Of a DNA stretch of 64,000 nucleotides, positions 62,068-64,000 are shown in pieces. Origin of the DNA: Acidobacteriota bacterium (lineage in GTDB: Bacteria; Acidobacteriota; Vicinamibacteria; Vicinamibacterales; CAVVIG01). Within the stretch, counting starts at the first letter, position 1; each line of letters begins with the position of its first letter. The notes under the pieces were generated by a model. The model had not been told where the DNA came from and ran no database searches. It was given only the letters and a program-made list of their open reading frames with translations. The position numbers were made by a program, and so were the translations under genes. Location: NCBI GenBank assembly GCA_046728115.1, contig JBKPDW010000072.1:1166-65165 (forward strand), given 5' to 3'.

Positions 62068-62994
62068 ATGACTCCACAGACGCAAGAAACGATTCCGGTA
62101 TCGGACGCCGCCTGGAAAGCACTCGAGGGTGCCTACGACCTGCAGGTGCACGTCGGCCCCGACGTGATTGCGCGTCGCATCGATGACATCGACTGCGCCC
62201 GCGAATTCCTGGATCGCGGCATGAAGGGCTTCGTCCTGAAGTCCCACTACATCCAGACAGGCGAGCGCGCGAAGGTGGTGACCAAGGCTGTGGCCGGCAG
62301 CAGGATCTTCGGTGCGATCACGTTGAACCACAGTGTCGGCGGGCTGAATCCGGTGGCGGTCGAGCTGGCGGGTCGGACTGGCTGCAAGATCGTGTGGATG
62401 CCGACCGTCGATGCCGCCAACGAAACCGCCGGACGCCTCGACGGCGGCAGCGAGAAACTGCCGTTCTGGGCGAAGATCCAGCGCGAGCTCGCGGCCGAAG
62501 GTATTTCGCCACCGCCGCTGTCGGTCATCGACGAGTCGGGGAACCTGGTCGAGTCGGCCCGTCGCTGCCTGGACCGCATCTCGAAACACAACATGATCCT
62601 CGCGACCGGTCATCTGGGCCGGCGCGAGATCGTCGCGCTGGTGCGGACGGCCAGAGAGATGGGGCTGAAGAAAGTGGTCGTCACCCACGCAGAATTTCCG
62701 TCTCAAAGCCTGAGCGGCGAAGAGCAGAAAGAGCTGGCCGACATGGGCGCGATCATCGAGCACTGCTTCACGACGACCTACACGAACAAGGCGCCCTGGG
62801 AAACGGCGTTCGCCAACATCCGCCAGACCGGCGTGGCGCGGACAATCATTTCGACCGACCTCGGTCAAACGATCAATCCGCCGGTGGCGGAAGGGTTCGG
62901 GATGTTCGCGCAGCGGCTGCTGGACGCTGGATTCTCGATCGATGATGTTCGCACAATGGCGGTCACGATCCCGGCGCGGCTGGTGGAAGAATGA
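62068..62994 (+). CDS. Metal-dependent-hydrolase-like TIM-barrel protein (possibly DUF6282 family)
   Basis: ...YDLQVHVGPDVIARRIDD...GFVLKSHY...HLGRREI...VVVTHAEFP.... The family name is recalled, not verified. Confidence 0.6.
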   Translation: MTPQTQETIPVSDAAWKALEGAYDLQVHVGPDVIARRIDDIDCAREFLDRGMKGFVLKSHYIQTGERAKVVTKAVAGSRIFGAITLNHSVGGLNPVAVELAGRTGCKIVWMPTVDAANETAGRLDGGSEKLPFWAKIQRELAAEGISPPPLSVIDESGNLVESARRCLDRISKHNMILATGHLGRREIVALVRTAREMGLKKVVVTHAEFPSQSLSGEEQKELADMGAIIEHCFTTTYTNKAPWETAFANIRQTGVARTIISTDLGQTINPPVAEGFGMFAQRLLDAGFSIDDVRTMAVTIPARLVEE

Positions 62995-63941
62995 CGATCA
63001 GGATTTGTCTGGCCGGCACAGGGGCAATGGGCGCGGTTCACGTCAAGGCGCTCAGAAAGATTGGTGGTGTCGAGATCGTGTCGGTCAACAGCCGCGAGGC
63101 GGAGAGCGGGAGGAAGTTCGCGGCGGAGTGGAGCATTCCGTATGCCTCGACCGATCTCGCCGAGTGCATCGATCGTCCGGGAGTCGACGCGGTGATCTTG
63201 ACCACTCCGAGCTGGATGCACGCCGATCAGACCGCTCTGGCGTTGTCGCGCGGCAAGCACGTGCAGGTCGAGATTCCCATGAGCCTCAACCTGCCCGACG
63301 CACAGCGCGTTGCCGACGCGGCGCGAACGTCAGGCAGGATTTGTATGGTCACCCATACGCGGAGATTCTCGTCTCCCCACCGGGAAATCAGGCGTCGCAT
63401 TCAGGACGGCACGTTTCACCTGCATCACATGGTGGTCGAGACATATTTTTTTCGCCGCGAGAACACGAACATGCTCGGTCAGCCGCGCTCGTGGGTGGAC
63501 AACCTGCTCTGGCACCACGGTTGTCATTCGGTCGATCTCGCGTACTGGATCCTGAACGAGCCGCATTTCGCCGTCTGGGGCCAGAAGGGTCCGGATCATC
63601 CGGTGCTCGGTATCCCCATGGATCTGACGGTTGCGATGAAATCGCCGAAGGGCCCGCTCTTCACGATGGCGATGTCGTTCAACAACAAGGGACCGTTCGG
63701 TGGCTTCTACCGCTACATCGGCGAAGAGGACACCTACAAGGTCTATCGGGATTCGATGACCGACGGCGAGGGCAAGGAAGTTCGGCTCGACGGCGTCGCG
63801 GCATTCGACCGGCAGGACATCGAGTTCACCAGCGCGATCCGTGAGGGGCGCCAGCCGGAATCGAGCGCGGCCAGCTGCGTCCCGACCATGGCGCTGCTCG
63901 ACCGGATCGACAGGGCGATGCGCTCTGCCCCAACGCTCTGA
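62991..63941 (+). CDS. Gfo/Idh/MocA-family NAD(P)-dependent oxidoreductase
   Basis: MTIRICLAGTGAMGAVHVKALRKIGGVEIVSV (Rossmann GxGxxG). ATGA overlap with the upstream stop at 62991-62994. Confidence 0.85.
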   Translation: MTIRICLAGTGAMGAVHVKALRKIGGVEIVSVNSREAESGRKFAAEWSIPYASTDLAECIDRPGVDAVILTTPSWMHADQTALALSRGKHVQVEIPMSLNLPDAQRVADAARTSGRICMVTHTRRFSSPHREIRRRIQDGTFHLHHMVVETYFFRRENTNMLGQPRSWVDNLLWHHGCHSVDLAYWILNEPHFAVWGQKGPDHPVLGIPMDLTVAMKSPKGPLFTMAMSFNNKGPFGGFYRYIGEEDTYKVYRDSMTDGEGKEVRLDGVAAFDRQDIEFTSAIREGRQPESSAASCVPTMALLDRIDRAMRSAPTL

Positions 63942-63959
63942 ACTCTGAACTCTGAAATG
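63937..63959 (+). repeat. Heptamer tandem repeat TCTGAAC-TCTGAAC-TCTGAAA-TG; includes the upstream stop TGA and supplies the next ATG
   Basis: Read directly. Matches 17900-17922 at 22 of 23 positions. Confidence 0.7.
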
Positions 63960-64000
63960 GTTATTGACTGCCACGGCCACTACACGACGGCGCCGAAGGC
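63957..64000 (+). CDS. Amidohydrolase-family protein, first 14 codons only (runs off the window)
   Basis: ATG GTT ATT GAC TGC CAC GGC CAC... encodes MVIDCHGHYTTAPK. The IDxHxH metal-binding start is typical of amidohydrolase-2-like enzymes. Confidence 0.5.
   Translation, partial: MVIDCHGHYTTAPK

Noticed and set aside
61935-62186. 83-aa plus-strand ORF in the fae divergent spacer (includes an ATG inside GTATACAATG)
   Set aside because: Arg-rich and without family resemblance. It overlaps the better-supported start at 62068 in another frame.

Overview
GC-rich bacterial chromosomal segment with strong third-position GC bias, so long antisense shadow ORFs occur throughout. Several hallmarks point to Acidobacteria: an ADOP-type duplicated-FtsX orphan permease, a TonB receptor and propeller proteins fronted by CarboxypepD_reg domains, and Planctomycete-type DUF1592/DUF1552 pairs. 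Main content: (i) Three paralogous PQQ-dependent methanol/ethanol-family dehydrogenases, each with the D-x-D motif typical of lanthanide-dependent enzymes and each next to c-type cytochromes. (ii) A 14.4-kb, ten-gene co-directional array (31833 to 17387, minus strand) that welds two DUF1592-DUF1552-ankyrin triads to a cytochrome/PQQ-dehydrogenase pair. (iii) A tetrahydromethanopterin (H4MPT)/methanofuran-linked C1 island with fae, mtd, mch, ftr/fhcD, fhcA, fhcC and about a dozen cofactor-biosynthesis genes. It is split by a ~6-kb insert holding the permease, a decayed IS66 transposase, a hydrolase fragment and a tRNA 3' fragment. No fhcB is visible. (iv) A four-gene secreted operon with a fused and a split version of the same two domains (DUF6152-like plus an unnamed domain). 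(v) Recurrent AT-rich heptamer tandem repeats (TCTGAAN) confined to intergenic spacers. Many gene pairs overlap by 4 nt (ATGA), which supports the operon calls. No rRNA, intact tRNA or CRISPR array was seen. All family assignments were made by eye from the translations; no database search was run.
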